From contig JAAOMT010000690.1 in assembly GCA_016748015.1 (NCBI GenBank), positions 372,001 through 436,000 on the forward strand: a stretch of DNA of 64,000 nucleotides. The letters are read 5' to 3'. This document shows positions 24,012 through 38,059 of this stretch, piece after piece. The DNA comes from Geosiphon pyriformis uo1 (lineage: Eukaryota > Fungi > Glomeromycota). Both the position numbers and the translations under genes were made by a program. The notes under the pieces are model-generated. The model made no database searches. It was given only the letters and a program-made list of their open reading frames with translations, and was not told where the DNA came from. Numbering within the stretch: the first letter of the stretch is position 1; every line of letters starts with the position of its first letter.

Positions 24012-27000
24012 ACTTATTCGAAAATTTTACCAAAATCGAAAATTTCGTTAGGATCTTTGAACTTCTGAAACTCATTCTTTTGTCCTGTTAGTAACGAAGA
24101 GAGATTAACCTTTGTCCCAGCTGTTTAATGTCTTATACGTGAGCCTAAACAAGATCGTCGTCGATATCTACCATATCTTCATGGTTCGTTGATTAATCTA
24201 TTGGATTGGTTTTGTGTCAGATCTTTATTAGTAATGGTAGCGGGGATTCTGATTATTATTTTTATAATGAGCTATTTAGAATATCAAAATTTATCAATAG
24301 AATTTATGAGTGTTCGAGAATTCGAACTGGACCAATTTTCGAAGACGATAAAAAGCTTTAGAAGTCTCGAATGATTAATATGAGAAATTTCGACAGCACC
24401 TTGCATTATTTCAAGAGAGGATGTTGTAAACTTAGAAAACAGGCATTGGCAAAACCCAGAGAATATACTTTACTTTTGAACCGCATAAAGTATTCTGTGT
24501 GTTTATTGACTGAAATAGTTTGAAACTCTGAACTAAAGAAATTGAAAAATAGCAACTCATAATTGAAGATGTTGATAAATAAATTTATGAGCTTGTATGG
24601 ATTTTATAGAAGTCGTATAAAAGAGATTTAAAAGTAAGTAATTTTTGCTTATAATTTAATTAACAAAGTTAAAAATCAAGTTATTATCGATTGAATAATT
24701 TTTTACTTTTTTAAAAAACATTTTTAATGTTTTTTAAAACTTTAATAATTATAATATTTAGAAATAATTTTTTTGAATAATTATTATATTTTGCAATAAT
24801 TAAATTTCTAATTTTAATTTTTTAATCTTTTTGAAAATTTAAATAATTGTAATTGTTTATAATTATACATTTTACGGAATTAAATATTAAGTATTTTAAT
24901 TGATATATATATATATAAATTTTTAATAAGTATTTTTTTAGGTTTAAAATTCAAATTTTGTTTATTTAAATTTATTAAATTTTATTATAAAAATTAATTT
25001 TTAATTTGTTTAATAAATTGTATTTATCTTAATTATTATAAAAAAAATTTAAATTTTTAATTAATTTTAACAAAATATTTAAATTATAGCAAATTTTTAT
25101 TTGTTATAAAATTCAAAGCATTAGTTATATTTTAATTATTACAAAATAGGTTTGCAAATAAAGACTATATATATTTATTATATTATCTTATAAGACTTTT
25201 TGAGAACTTTGTAAACAATTTTCTAATTGACATAATAAATATTATTTTGGTTTGTGATTTTTTTTTGTTGATATTTATCTAAATGTTTTTTATTTTTATA
25301 ATAACATGTTGCTGTTTATTATTGCTAATAAAAAGTCTTATTTTAAAATAATTAAATCTTTTAAAAGATTTGAAATTATGTTTGTAAGTTAATTATTAAA
25401 CAAAAAAATATTTATTTATTTAAACTACTTTTTATTATTAGAAAAATTTAAATCTAAAAAATTTAATACTATATTAGTTTAAGAATATTGTTGCTTATTT
25501 TAATAAAAAATTTTTTAAAATTTAATTTAGTTTGGTTTTATTGTATTTAGTTTATGTAAGTTGAATTGTTTTGAGTTTACAATATATATAAATAGTTTTG
25601 TAAAATATTTTGGTTTTTTTACATCTGTTAAAAAAAACTGTTGTTTTCTTTGTTAATTTAGTTTTGGGTATAAAAGTTAAAATATAATGTGCCTCTCCCA
25701 GTTATAAGTATATTAATTCAAGATAATAATATCAATTTTATTTTCACATTCAGTAATTATCTCAGAGAAATTGGTGGGATTAATCCTAATTACTCATTAT
25801 GATGTTATTAGTATTTTTGAATCTTTGTTACTAATAATTGTTCAGTAACAATAGCTAATGATTTCTCTTTGTAACCCATAATTAGAGAAACGAACATTTT
25901 TTAATTCACATTTTATTCGCCGTTTCGAGTAACATCAGTGGGTATGCACTTTTCTCCTTGCTTTCCAGACTTTTCCCTCTCTTTCTCTCCACATCCTTTT
26001 AATGAAAGCAAAATAAAATAACCCTAATAAAAATTTTCCCTCTATAATTGAAAACATAGAACCGCAAACTTGATCCTATTTTTCGTAAACGAAGGATTTA
26101 GGATCAATAATTTATCCAAACCAAATATTACTGCTGACCAAGAAAATATCACTACAAATTCAGTCGAGAAATTCATTGTACCACCAACTGATGAGAGGGA
26201 ATAAATTTGAGGCTTTATAAATCTTGCAAAGTTTTAAGTATTTTTAGTTATAAAATGTAGAAGGTCTGTTCTAAAAGTTTTGTCTATATCACCATACCTA
26301 AATACATCAATCTTTGCTACTTGATAATTTTAAATTTAGATTTAAACTCATTCAGAAAAAATAGGGCCGCAGTAGTAGAAGGATCTTTGTGAACCAATGG
26401 AACTTATTCAAAAGCAAGCTTCCCTATATGGTATCAGATAGAATGATTAAAGGCACATTCATAGACTAATAATAAAGTTGACAATCTTAGATATTGTATA
26501 TCTTTTCTTTTTCGGACTTCCCAAGTCATTTTTACAACTAAATTTCAGATCATAAGAGTTTATTCGCAAATTTTCACCATGTAAATATTACTTAAAAATT
26601 TAAAATATAAACTTGAATAATATATATATATATATTAATAAATAAAAAAAATAAAAAACTCTTTCTCTCATTTATCTGAAATATCCAAAAAAAGAAAAAT
26701 TTTTTTTTTGAAAGAATTTTTTTATTTTATATTCATACATTATTGAATCAGAAAATTTTTTTATTTAGAAACTGGCTGCATTAAATAGCTTTATTAAAGA
26801 TATAACCAAAAACAAGACTGAAAAAGTTTTAATTTTGACAACAGCAAAAAATTGGCACCAAAAAAAATGTTTGAACTTTTGATAATACTAATAATTCTTT
26901 AAAAAAAAAAATTGAAAACAAAACACAATAATAAAAATAAAAAAAGACAGCTGGAACTAATAATAATAATAAAAAGTAATATTATTAAAACAGTTCAATA

Positions 27001-27699
27001 GTGATAATATTTAAGACAAATTTTATTAAAAATATAATAATAAAACTTTTTATTATGTCAAATTATAATGTATTTAATAATGATAAAAATAAAATAATTT
27101 TTTTTATTATTAAAAATTGCTTTTTTGTTAACTTTTTTTCTTTTGCTTAAGAAAAAATTTGTGTTTTCTATTAAAAAAATTTTATTTTAGATATTGATTT
27201 TAAATATACAAATATTTATTTGAATTAAAAAGTAATTATTAAAAAATACTATTATAACTGTATTTTTTAAATATAATGAAATTAAGTTAATCAATTCTAA
27301 TTAATTAATCTTTGGCAAAAGACTGTAATAAAATTTATTAAATTAAGCCAAACTGATAATGTTGTTTTAATTTGGTTTATTTTTATTAAAAAAAAGATTA
27401 TGTATATAGCAAAAATTAATATGAATAAAAAATTATAAGTTAAAAAGAATATATATTATTTTTTATTATATATTTTATTAATAAACATAAATATATAAAT
27501 TATATGTTAATTTTAAAAAAATTTAAAGACTATTTTCATGTAATTAAATTTAATCTCTTTAAATTTACAATCTATAATTATTTTAAATACGTTGTTTTGA
27601 AATACAATTCTATTATTATACTTTTTTACGATCTAGAAAACAGTTTTTAAATAATATTAAATAATATTTTATTTATATATATATTATAAAATCTGTTTT

Positions 27700-29830
27700 T
27701 ATTGGTGGTTTTACAACTTTAACAATAAATCTTAAGCTTAGATAATAAATAAATATTTAATTAAAAATGAATTTGTTTTTTGTTTGTATTTTTTAAATTC
27801 AATCTTTTTTTCTGGTTTCAAATAATTTGGTTTTGAGAATAAACAGACTTAAAATTCCTTTTAAGTTATTGATTAACCAAATTAATATTTTAATTAAATT
27901 TTTTTTACTTTTTATAAGTATATGTCTTATTAAGACTTTATTTTTAGTGTTGGTTTTTGTTCTGATTTTGATTTTTAATAAAAATATAGAAATAAAATTA
28001 AAATTTTTAAAAAATAAAATATTAATTAATATTAACTTTGATTTAAAATAATTGTTTTGAGAGTAAAATTCAAAAATAAGATTTATTAAATGCTAAATTG
28101 GTTTTATTTTTGTTTAATTTTTATAAACAACTTGATTTAAAAAATAAAATATTATAGTAAGATAACATAAGAAAACAAATAATTTAATTTTAATTATTAT
28201 TAAAATTAAAAATAATTATAATTGTTAATAATAATATTATAAAACATGTATACAAAATTAAAATCATTTTTAGATGTTTGTTTTTTATTAAATATTGTAT
28301 AAAAAGTTGTTTTTTGTTTTTATTATTAGATTTTATCTTAAAACTTTGGTTTAAAAGAATTTTGTTTAAGTTTTTAATATTAATAACTTAATTATTAAAG
28401 CATTAAATAAAAGTTTTTTTATTGTTTTGAATAATAATTTTTATTAAGTCATATTTAAATATTAGAAAAAAAAAATTGTGTTAAGTTAATTTAATGCAAT
28501 AATAATATATTTTAATATATTAAAAAGTGTTTTATTTTTTTTTAATACAATACTTATTGGTTTATTAAAAAGTAATATTTAAAATTTTTCAAAATATATT
28601 TTTATAATATGTATTTTAAAAAATTTGAATTTTTTTATGTTATTAATTTATATTAAAAAATTAGTTAAAAACTTTGGCTTTTTTAATATTTTTTACAAAT
28701 TTGTTTTTAAATATAAATATAAATATATAATGTTTTTTATTTTAATAAAGTTATAAACTATTACTTTGGTTTTTAAATATGTTTTAAAATCTCAATATTT
28801 TATAATTATGTTTGATAATTAAGCTGTTTTAAAAGCTTACAAATTTAAATTGGGCTTTTTTTATTTTGTTTTAAGAATAAATAGTAGATTAAAAAATATT
28901 AGATTATTAATTTAATTTGTAAAAAAAATTTATTGTTAATTAAATTAAGATTAGAAAACACTTTAACAATTCAAATAATAATATTGTTAATATGTTGACT
29001 AATTTAATTTAAAATTTTAAATATTTGTTATTTATTAGCATAAAAAAATATTATATTATAATAAAAAATAGTATTGTATTTAATAAACTACATTATTTAG
29101 TTAAAAAACTTTGTAACTTTTTAAATTGTACTTATTAAAAAATTAGAAGTATAAATAAATATATTAATGTTTATTTAACCAAAAAATTAATTAAATTAAA
29201 ATAGTTTTAGTTTGATATCTTAATAATATTTTTAAGTCTAACTTATTAAGTTGTAAAACTGTTTGTTTTTACATATAGTAATAAAAATTTTGTATAAAAA
29301 ACTATTTATTACTATATAAAAAAATTATATAATTCTAAATATTTGAATTTGTTTTATTTAAAATATAAAAATATAAAAACTTCAAATTATTTATTTTTTG
29401 CTCCAAGACCAATACTATTAGAAAAATAGTTTTTAAAGAGTGTGTAAAAATTTGAACAGCAAAAGCTGAAACAAGATTGATATTTTTTGTGATTATACAA
29501 ATCTTCTTTAATATATAGAATATTGAAATTATATAAATGACTATTGTTGAAAGTTTTGTTTTTGAGAATTGGCTTTTAAATTCTTTGGATGTTTTTAAAC
29601 AGATTGATGCTATCACTGTGAACATTGTTAATTTTGTTAGTAATTTGATTAAAACTCACAAAAAATTAATGTGGTTGTTAAATTTTAAACAGTGTATAGA
29701 ATATAAAAGAGAAGTTTGTTGTCCAATGCTGATTTTGTTGTTTTTGACGTCAAGATTTTGGCTTTTTTGCTAAATAACATGTTTGTGGATAGTTCTGGTT
29801 TTGTGAAAAGTATAGCCATGAGTTTAGGTT
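27700..29830 (+). mobile_element. Heavily decayed non-LTR retrotransposon 3' part
   Basis: Traces of RNase H-region motifs at ~28750-29000 and a C-terminal segment (VFENWLL...VVNFV..L..TH.KLMWL) resemble the other LINE copies. Extreme AT content. Confidence 0.45.
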
Positions 29831-30029
29831 TTTTAAAGTAGTCAATGATCTACGAGTCTTTCTAGTTGACTCTGATCGGCTCGGGTGGCTGATCATGTGT
29901 GGTGAATAAAAAATTAGTATATATTATTTATAAAAAAATGATTTATTGGTTAGTATAATTTTTTAAAATTATTTTTTAGAAAAAATATTTTGTTTGAAAA
30001 TCTATAACTTAGTGGATTGAATTAAATTA

Positions 30030-31433
30030 TCTTTTTATGATTTGAAAAACTCCTCGACAAAAAATTCCACCTTTTGATTTTCTGACCCAGGTATTAAAGC
30101 ATGCTCATAAAAACCTTCCTTTCGACAAAAGCATCCTGGACTATTTTTAAATCATTGCTAATCAATCTAATGCTGCCATCGCCGAAATAGGGTCCAAAAT
30201 GTGAAACACCAAAAGGTCCATATCCGCTGACCAATTTGCTGAGTTTAGCATCTTTTAGCTTTGCGATCTCCAAGAGAAAAATAAAACTTCTTTTTCCATC
30301 TAGTTGCTGATTCTGAGAGTGCCAAGGTTCTAGGTTGTATCCGCCAATCAGTTGACCAGTTTCTTTCACTTTGATTATGGTAACTGTTGCGCCTTTCTTA
30401 TCACATAACCGATGAAAATCTTTTGGGGTGAACCCGTCTCGACTGCCTCGAAATATCAAATTATAATCGTTTCGAGGTTGGTCTTCAAAACGAGTATTTT
30501 CGTTTTTACCTTGAATCCAAGCTTTGAATCAATATTCAATCGTATTGGCTGAGCGTCTATAGACTACCCGGTACCAGATAATGACGTAAAAGATCTTCAC
30601 ATAAAGTTCCGGGTAAGGTTCTCGCAAATGATTTTGCTTTGTGATAAAAATCAACTGAAGATATGTTCAAGAACCGGATTAAAGGTAGAAGTCTTTCAAT
30701 GGATTCTTTAAAGGCGTTAAAATTTTCATCTGTCCAGTGAAGAACTTTTTCCATCTGAATATTTTTATCCAATTTAGCAACTCCCCATTCCGCAATCTTT
30801 TCCCATATTTCAGATTCTTCTATATTTAGATCATCCCGGGTTACAATTGAGGTAAGAGCATTTTCACTGAGGGAGGTGAAATATTGGGAGTTGAAGACAA
30901 TAGTTGGATTGTTTGCAGTTATTTCGGTGCAGAAATTTTGTAACTTTTTGAAAGAGTCATGCATGAATGAAATTTCATGCAAAGTGGCGAAGTTTTCTTC
31001 CAACTCTTTTGTATTGTGCTCAATCAAATAGTCTTAAAGGTGATCAATAACATTTTCTAGAATAAACTCGTCAGCGATAAGAAGCAATCCTAAAATGGTA
31101 GATAATGAAGAGAAATTTCGTCATTATAAATATAGCTTTCTAAGAAAATAAAATGTATGATTTATGTTGGCCAAAATACTTGCAAGCAAATGACAACCCT
31201 TACCTAAGTGTTATCTCAAAATTTTTTGGTGAAATATTAGGTTTGACGAAGATAATAATGTTGTTTTTCCTTTTAATCCAATTACTAGAGAGTGTAGCAG
31301 CAAAAATATGGTGATCTTGCTGCTAAAATTTGCGAATGAGCATGAAAAGTCCCGATGTTACAATCCTAACATCAGAGAAATTTTGATCATTTAACAAATT
31401 CCCTAATTTAAGGGAGTAATATTGATAGTACAT
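30030..31433 (-). pseudogene. BTB/POZ-BACK-TLDc protein, disrupted
   Basis: BTB: LLNDQNFSDV...FHAHSQILAARSPYF...PNISPKNFEITLR/YIY. BACK: FTSLSENALTSIVTRDDLNIEESEIWEKIAEWG. TLDc: LIFRGSRDGFTPKDFHRLCDKKGATVTIIKVKETGQLIGGYN. In-frame TAA at 31034-31036, TAG at 30557 and several frameshifts. Confidence 0.9.
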
Positions 31434-34400
31434 TTTAATGAAAATTACTTTTCAAATATGCAAAGCAGCGCCGAACTTTATACATGTACCCAATTTATTG
31501 ATCGACAAGTGATGGGATATTAGTTGACCTAATTTATAATAAATAAATTCTTTGTAAAAAAACTTTTTATAATTTACATTTTTAAAATTCAGCATTTTGA
31601 AATGAACTTGAACATTTAAACAAAATTGTTTAAAAAATTTTGAAAGTTAAAATAATTTAATTATGTAGTTTTTATATTAAAATGATAAATAAGTTACATA
31701 GTTTTATTTTTATTACAGATTTTTAATTATTCATTTTAAATTTTCTATTCTAATATTTTAGTGTTTGATAATTGATAAGTAAATATTAAATTCAAATATT
31801 ATAATATAAATAAGCTTAAGGGTGTGAACAAAATAAATAATTACCAGCTTGATTTTAAGAATACGTAATATATGATTAAAAAACAACAAATTATTTTATG
31901 TTTAATAAAATAAGAATTGAATTCGAAAGCAAATTTACATTTAAATCATTTTTTCTTATGGTTAAATTGATACCAGATCAAAACACATAAAGTCGAGTAA
32001 TGAAATTTAAACATATTAAAATTATTGAAGTCATATTATAATAAATGATCTAGTTGAAAATAATTAAATTAGACATTTGATAAGAAATTTCTCATTTGGC
32101 TAAAAAGTGTCGGAATTATCATTTGCAGAACATCTTCATTCACAAGATTAATACTACTATTCTACACAATTAAGTCTTTCAGACATTGAAGGGCTGAAAA
32201 ATTAAGGTCGGCGTATTTTCAATGTTTGCAGAGTAAACAAGATAGCAGGTTTGGTATGTTTTCGAAATCATGCCCCACATTTATGTTTTATGTTGCAAAT
32301 TAGCTATTTGAAAGAAAAATATAAAATTTTTGGTCTTTTTGAAATTTTAATAAAATTAATTATCTTGGTAAATATAAAAATTTTAAATCTTTTCCCTTAT
32401 TTATAATGAATATAATGTCCCGTATAATATCTATAAGAATCAACTTAATAGAAAAAAGATCCAAATTTATTACCTTAAATTTATAAAATACCCATTTAAA
32501 ATCAATAATGGCTACAATATAGCTGCGAAAAAAATAGATCTTTTTTTTATAAAATATAAAGGTATTGAAACAGAAATTTTAATCTAAAAAAGTGGTAGGT
32601 AAATAAATCCTGTAGGAAAGAGTTATTTAGTTTTAATGATTTTATTGAAGTTATTGACACTTCTATCATTTCTTTCCAATTGGCTTGTTGAAGAAATTGT
32701 AAGTTTTAATGGCTTTTTAATACACTGGCTCAACATGCCTCATAATTGGTTTAGTCACATTGATTTGATAAATAGTATATTTACATTGGACAATAAAATT
32801 ATATTGGAATAATTATAATTTGCGCGAATCTAATAGTATTAAGTTGTTATGAAAAGAGATAAATTTCCATTTAATCTTATCTGTTTTGAAAAATATAGTA
32901 AACTCTTGGGATCCCAAAAGTATTTTTTGATAAGAGACTAAAATTAATTTCCCTAATTTACAATTTTCCATAGGTCGTATCTGGTGGAAACAAGTGTCAA
33001 AATTTGGATTAGCTGGCTTCAGTCTGTAAAGCCATTTCTTTTGGTTTGTTTAATAACATTTTTACCTGTTTATTTAAAATCAAGTTCTAAAAGTTTTTCA
33101 TTAATGAATAAATGAATACATTTTTTGAAAATGAAACCTTTTTTTATACAAAATTTAAATAATAGCTGTTATTTTTTATGCTATCTCTGTTTTGTTTTGG
33201 TATTTTTAAAAATAATTATTTTGTATGCAACAATTTGTTTTTTTATTATAAAAATAAAAATATTTCAAACTTGACATTTTAAATATTAAAATACAATATA
33301 TAACACAATACTTCAGATTAGTTATGTTAAAACATTTTAAAATAAAAGCAGACAAAATTATTTTATTATTTTTAAATTGATTTTTAAAATACACATTTTA
33401 TTATTTAATATAAACAATTCAATATTTGGAATAATTGAATTATTATATTTTTAATTAAATCAAATTTTTTGGTTTTTAATAGGAAACAATTTTTACAATT
33501 AAAATTTTCAAAAAATAGTTTAATAATAGCCAATTTTTGCCTTTAATATATTGTAATATTTAAATTTTCTTGTAAACTCATTTATAAATAATAATAATTT
33601 CTAAAAAAATACAAAAATCTTCAATTTTTACACCAATTGTACATACTATATATATGTATGTTACAATAAAATTTTGCCTTCATGTTTAAAAAATTGTTAA
33701 TAAATACAGAAGTTAACACGATAATTATTATTATAATATATACTTATATTCACTATATACAATTTATGTTAATTATAACAAAAAATATATTTAAAAATTA
33801 ATTAAGTGAACTTCAACTTAATTTTTTCATTATTCATGTAAATGTTCAAAGTAATAAAATTTATATCGAATCAAGATTCTGGATTTCTTAATTTTGAAAT
33901 TTATAAAATATTAAATAGGTTTTACCATATTCCAACATTTATTTAACTTGCAAAATATTCCCTTTTGCAATAAAAAAACCGATGTAACTGAAATTGGTGT
34001 TTACATTCAACATAAATGTTTCAGAGTCAGCGAAAATGCACTTATAACTTGGATAATATTGTATTTGGAATATATTAAATCCTTTCAACGAAACCACAAT
34101 TTTGCGACATCATTAGCAATCAATAATGGTTTCATAAAAGTTATGGTGTCACTTTGAACGTTTTTTCTATAAATAATCCTTTAATGTACACACTTCGTTT
34201 GGGAATTTTTGATAGATCAGCCTTTTGCCTTTAGACGGTTAGGGTTGACCCCTAATAAAAGCGAGTAATACTGACAGAGTTTTTTTGATTATATTTCATC
34301 ATTGTAGTTTGATTATACTAAATTATTAGACAAAAGTGAAATCAGGATCAGTATATTACACTTCTCCACTAAGTAGGAAACAAAGATCATTGCTTCTTAA

Positions 34401-34481
34401 ACGACAATATATATTCGCTTATTTTATTCTCATCTCTTTATTTTAATAATTAAACATTTAAAATTTTACATTTTTTTAAAA

Positions 34482-35549
34482 ATGGCAAATGTCTTGAAAC
34501 TCCTACAAGACATCTTCACTCCACAATTTCTCTACCTTCTTATCAAAGTCACATTTTTCTTTCTTCTAGTGTTGATAAGCACTCATGCTATCTTTCTTTT
34601 GTTGAATCCTTTATATAATCCTCGTGAAATTGTTTTGGTTGAATATAATCCTTTCGATCCATTTCGGGATCCGGATTTGCGAAGAATTCGCCAAGATATG
34701 AATGGTCTCTTCGGCGATCTTGTGAAGAAGATTGATCTGGGTGATCGTGATAAAGCTCTAGATATGGGAAGTTCTGCGCATCAGAGAGTGCCTGGTTTCA
34801 TTCCTGCAGTTGATGGCAAGTTCATCCAAATTTCATATTTATTCATTGATTCAATCTGAAAGCTCTTGAACATATCAGTTCAGGATGATGGAAAGCTTAT
34901 TTTAGTGCACGGTATGAGATAAACCATATTTGAGAGGGATTTATGTTCTGAAATTTCATAAATATAAGGTTAATATTTTCTTTTCAATCTAGTTGACCTT
35001 CCTGGACTTTCTAAAGAGGATATCAAAAGTAAGTTTTGTTTCCATCCTCAACACCCATAACATTGTCGAGTGAATTAAAGATGATTTATACCATGTAAAA
35101 AGTCAATCTTTATGAAAACTATCTTGTGATCAGGTGGGTCAAATGCTTGTGTGATTCAAAAAATTTCAACAAAGTACATCTTCACGCATTAATGCTTAAA
35201 TTAGTGGTGAAACTAAGAAAGACCAAGAACACCGAAATGGTGGTGTTTTGACTCATGAACGTCAATACGGCAAATTTTGGGTAATTTTTTTATTCAAGTA
35301 TTTTTGCCGATTTCTCCATCAGTATTTTAAGTGTCTTGATATGTTATTTGTGAATAGCGCTCCATTCCTTTGCCTTCCGTTGTAGATACTTCGAAAGTCG
35401 AGGCGCGATTTAATCATGGTGTTGTTGAAATCAAGGTATTGTCCAAGATCTTCATATTGGTGGTTGTAAAAATCCTATAGGCTAATCGTAACGTCTTATA
35501 GCTTCCACGCGCCCAAGAGGCCTCCGTTCAACAAATTACAGTTCAATGA
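34482..35549 (+). CDS. Small heat-shock protein (Hsp20/alpha-crystallin domain) with N-terminal hydrophobic segment, 7 exons, ~211 aa
   Basis: Exons 34482-34815, 34879-34911, 34993-35028, 35103-35133, 35205-35280, 35358-35435 and 35502-35549 give FIPAVDVQDDGKLILVHVDLPGLSKEDIKINLYENYLVISGE...ERQYGKFWRSIPLPSVVDTSKVEARFNHGVVEIKLP...QITVQ. Intron 1 is GC-AG. Confidence 0.92.
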
Positions 35550-38059
35550 ATGGCATTTAGTCTAGGATTTTCCTCAGATCTCACTTTCACCATTTTTACT
35601 GCAAATTTTTCATTTTAATTATTAATAATTATATCAATTTATTGTCTATTATTAAATCTGTTGAATTTTGTGGTAAATTACTGCTAACAACATTTTTTGA
35701 AAGAAAATGTTGTAAATAATCAGCATAAATATACAATGCTTTTTAAAAAATTATTCTATACAATCATTATTATTCAATATAAATTATCGTTGTTTTTTTG
35801 TTTTTTGGCAATTATCAAAAATATATATTAAATTGATTCTTTTATGTTAAATAATACAATCTTATTTTTTGTAATAATTATTTTTAAATAAAAAATTTTA
35901 ATATTAACAAAGATTAATATATATCATTTTTTGCAATTATTATTAAATAAAAATTTAAGTTAAAAACATAAAATAACAATTTATTAAATTGTTAATTTTT
36001 ATTATTTGCTTTAATACATTAGAAATAATTTTATTTTTTTTGGTGTTTTTCTTAAAATTAGTTTTAGAAAAAAAAAAATATTTTATAAGATTTATAAATT
36101 TTTAAACTTAAAATTTAGTTAAATTCAAATTAAGCTATTTTAAAACATTATAAAAAAAATTAAATAAGTAATAAAAATTAAATCTTTAATTATTTAAAAA
36201 AATAAAAAATGCAACATAGTAAAATTAAAAGTTGTAAAATTGGTCAAAAACTTTGTAAACATGTATTATTAAAAGATATAAATATTAAAAGCAAAACCAC
36301 AAATATGTATAGAAAAACTAAATATAATACCAAAAAATAATGTAAAATAAATATATGTATAAAAAAGACAACACATAAAATACTAAATAAATACTATAAT
36401 ATAAATGTAAAAATTATAATAAATGATATTTAATATGAAATAAAATTTTGACAAAACATTTTTAAAGTTAATATTAAGTAAAACATTTGTTATTATAATA
36501 TAGAATAGTTTTTAATCAGTTTTAAATAACTATATATAATTTGAGTACAATTTTAATTTAATATAGTAATAGTATTATACAGAATTAATTTATAATTAAA
36601 TTATATTTATTAAGTTTTTAAATACTTAAACTATTTTATATAATGTTTGTTTTGCTAATTTATTTGTAATATAAATATTATATACTATTTAAAAAAATAA
36701 AATTTTGTATTTATTAATTGTTAAAAAAATTGTTTTCAGAAATTGGGTTTTAAATTTTTTGAATAAGTCTAATCTGGCCAATAGTATTGTGTTGTAAATT
36801 ATTAATTTTGTTTAAAATTTTGTAAATGTTTATAAAAAATGTATTTAATTACTAAATTAAAAATTAAAAATCGAATATAAAAAAAATTTAATTATTAATT
36901 GTAAATATATTATTGCAAAAGTTAAAAAATTAATTTTATTGTTTAAAATTTTTAATTGGCTTTGCTTATAATATTGAGATTTGTTTTAAATTTAACTTTA
37001 ATTTTTAATTTGTATTTAAATATTATTTAATTTTTTAATTAATTATATAATTTTAGTGTATAGTATAATTCTAATTAATTTAAATGGCTAATTATATACA
37101 TAAGCCATATTTATTTTAAAGTTGATAAAAATTGTATTGTAATAATTAGATCACACTTTTTAAAGCCAAAAAAAATTAAAAAAGTTAAAATTTGTTTTAA
37201 ATAATTGTAAAATTAATAAATATTTATTATTTAAAAATATTTTATTTATTTTATTTATAATTTTATAAACATAATTTTAATAATTTAAAATTTTTTGTTT
37301 AATTAATTTCGAAACCAATTTTTTATAATTGTTATAATTAATTACAATTATTATATTAAAATTTTTTTTTAATAAATATAATAATTAATTAATTTCTATT
37401 TTTATTTTTATTTAAAATGGTTCAATATAATTTAATTTAATTAATATTTATAACAAATATATATTTAAATATAAACATGAATTATTTTTTTAAATATAAT
37501 TAGTTATTTAAATTAATTTACTAATAAATTTTTAATTAATTAATTTTTAATGCCAAATACAATATATATTAATTTTTTAATTCTAAAAATTTTAAGTATT
37601 TTAAAACAATTTCATTAAAAATATATCATTTTATTTTAAAAGTAAAACAATCAAATACATTTTTTTAAATAATAAAAACACAAAACAATTTAAATTATTA
37701 AAAAAATATTTTTAGCTTTAAATAAAAGTTTTTTTGCACAAAGTTTTTTTTAAGTATTTAATTAAGAATAAATTTAAAATTATTATTATTATTATAAAAA
37801 ATTTCAAAATATTTAATAAATAATTAATATTTAAGCTATTTTTTTTCAAATAACTTGTTTTTTTTGTTTAAATAATCAAAAAAACAAAAAACAATTTTAA
37901 TTTTTTAAAATTTTTTAAAGATAATATTTTTTTAGAATTTTAAAATTTATTATTTTTAATTTAAAACTTATTTTTTTTTTTATAAAAAAATATTTATTTA
38001 TTTAACAAATACAATCCAATTATTATTTAGTATACAAAAACAAACTAAATATAACTTAT

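Noticed and set aside
24189-24374. 61-aa ORF with one hydrophobic segment after the tRNA
   Set aside because: Non-ATG start, no recognisable family and no convincing splice continuation.
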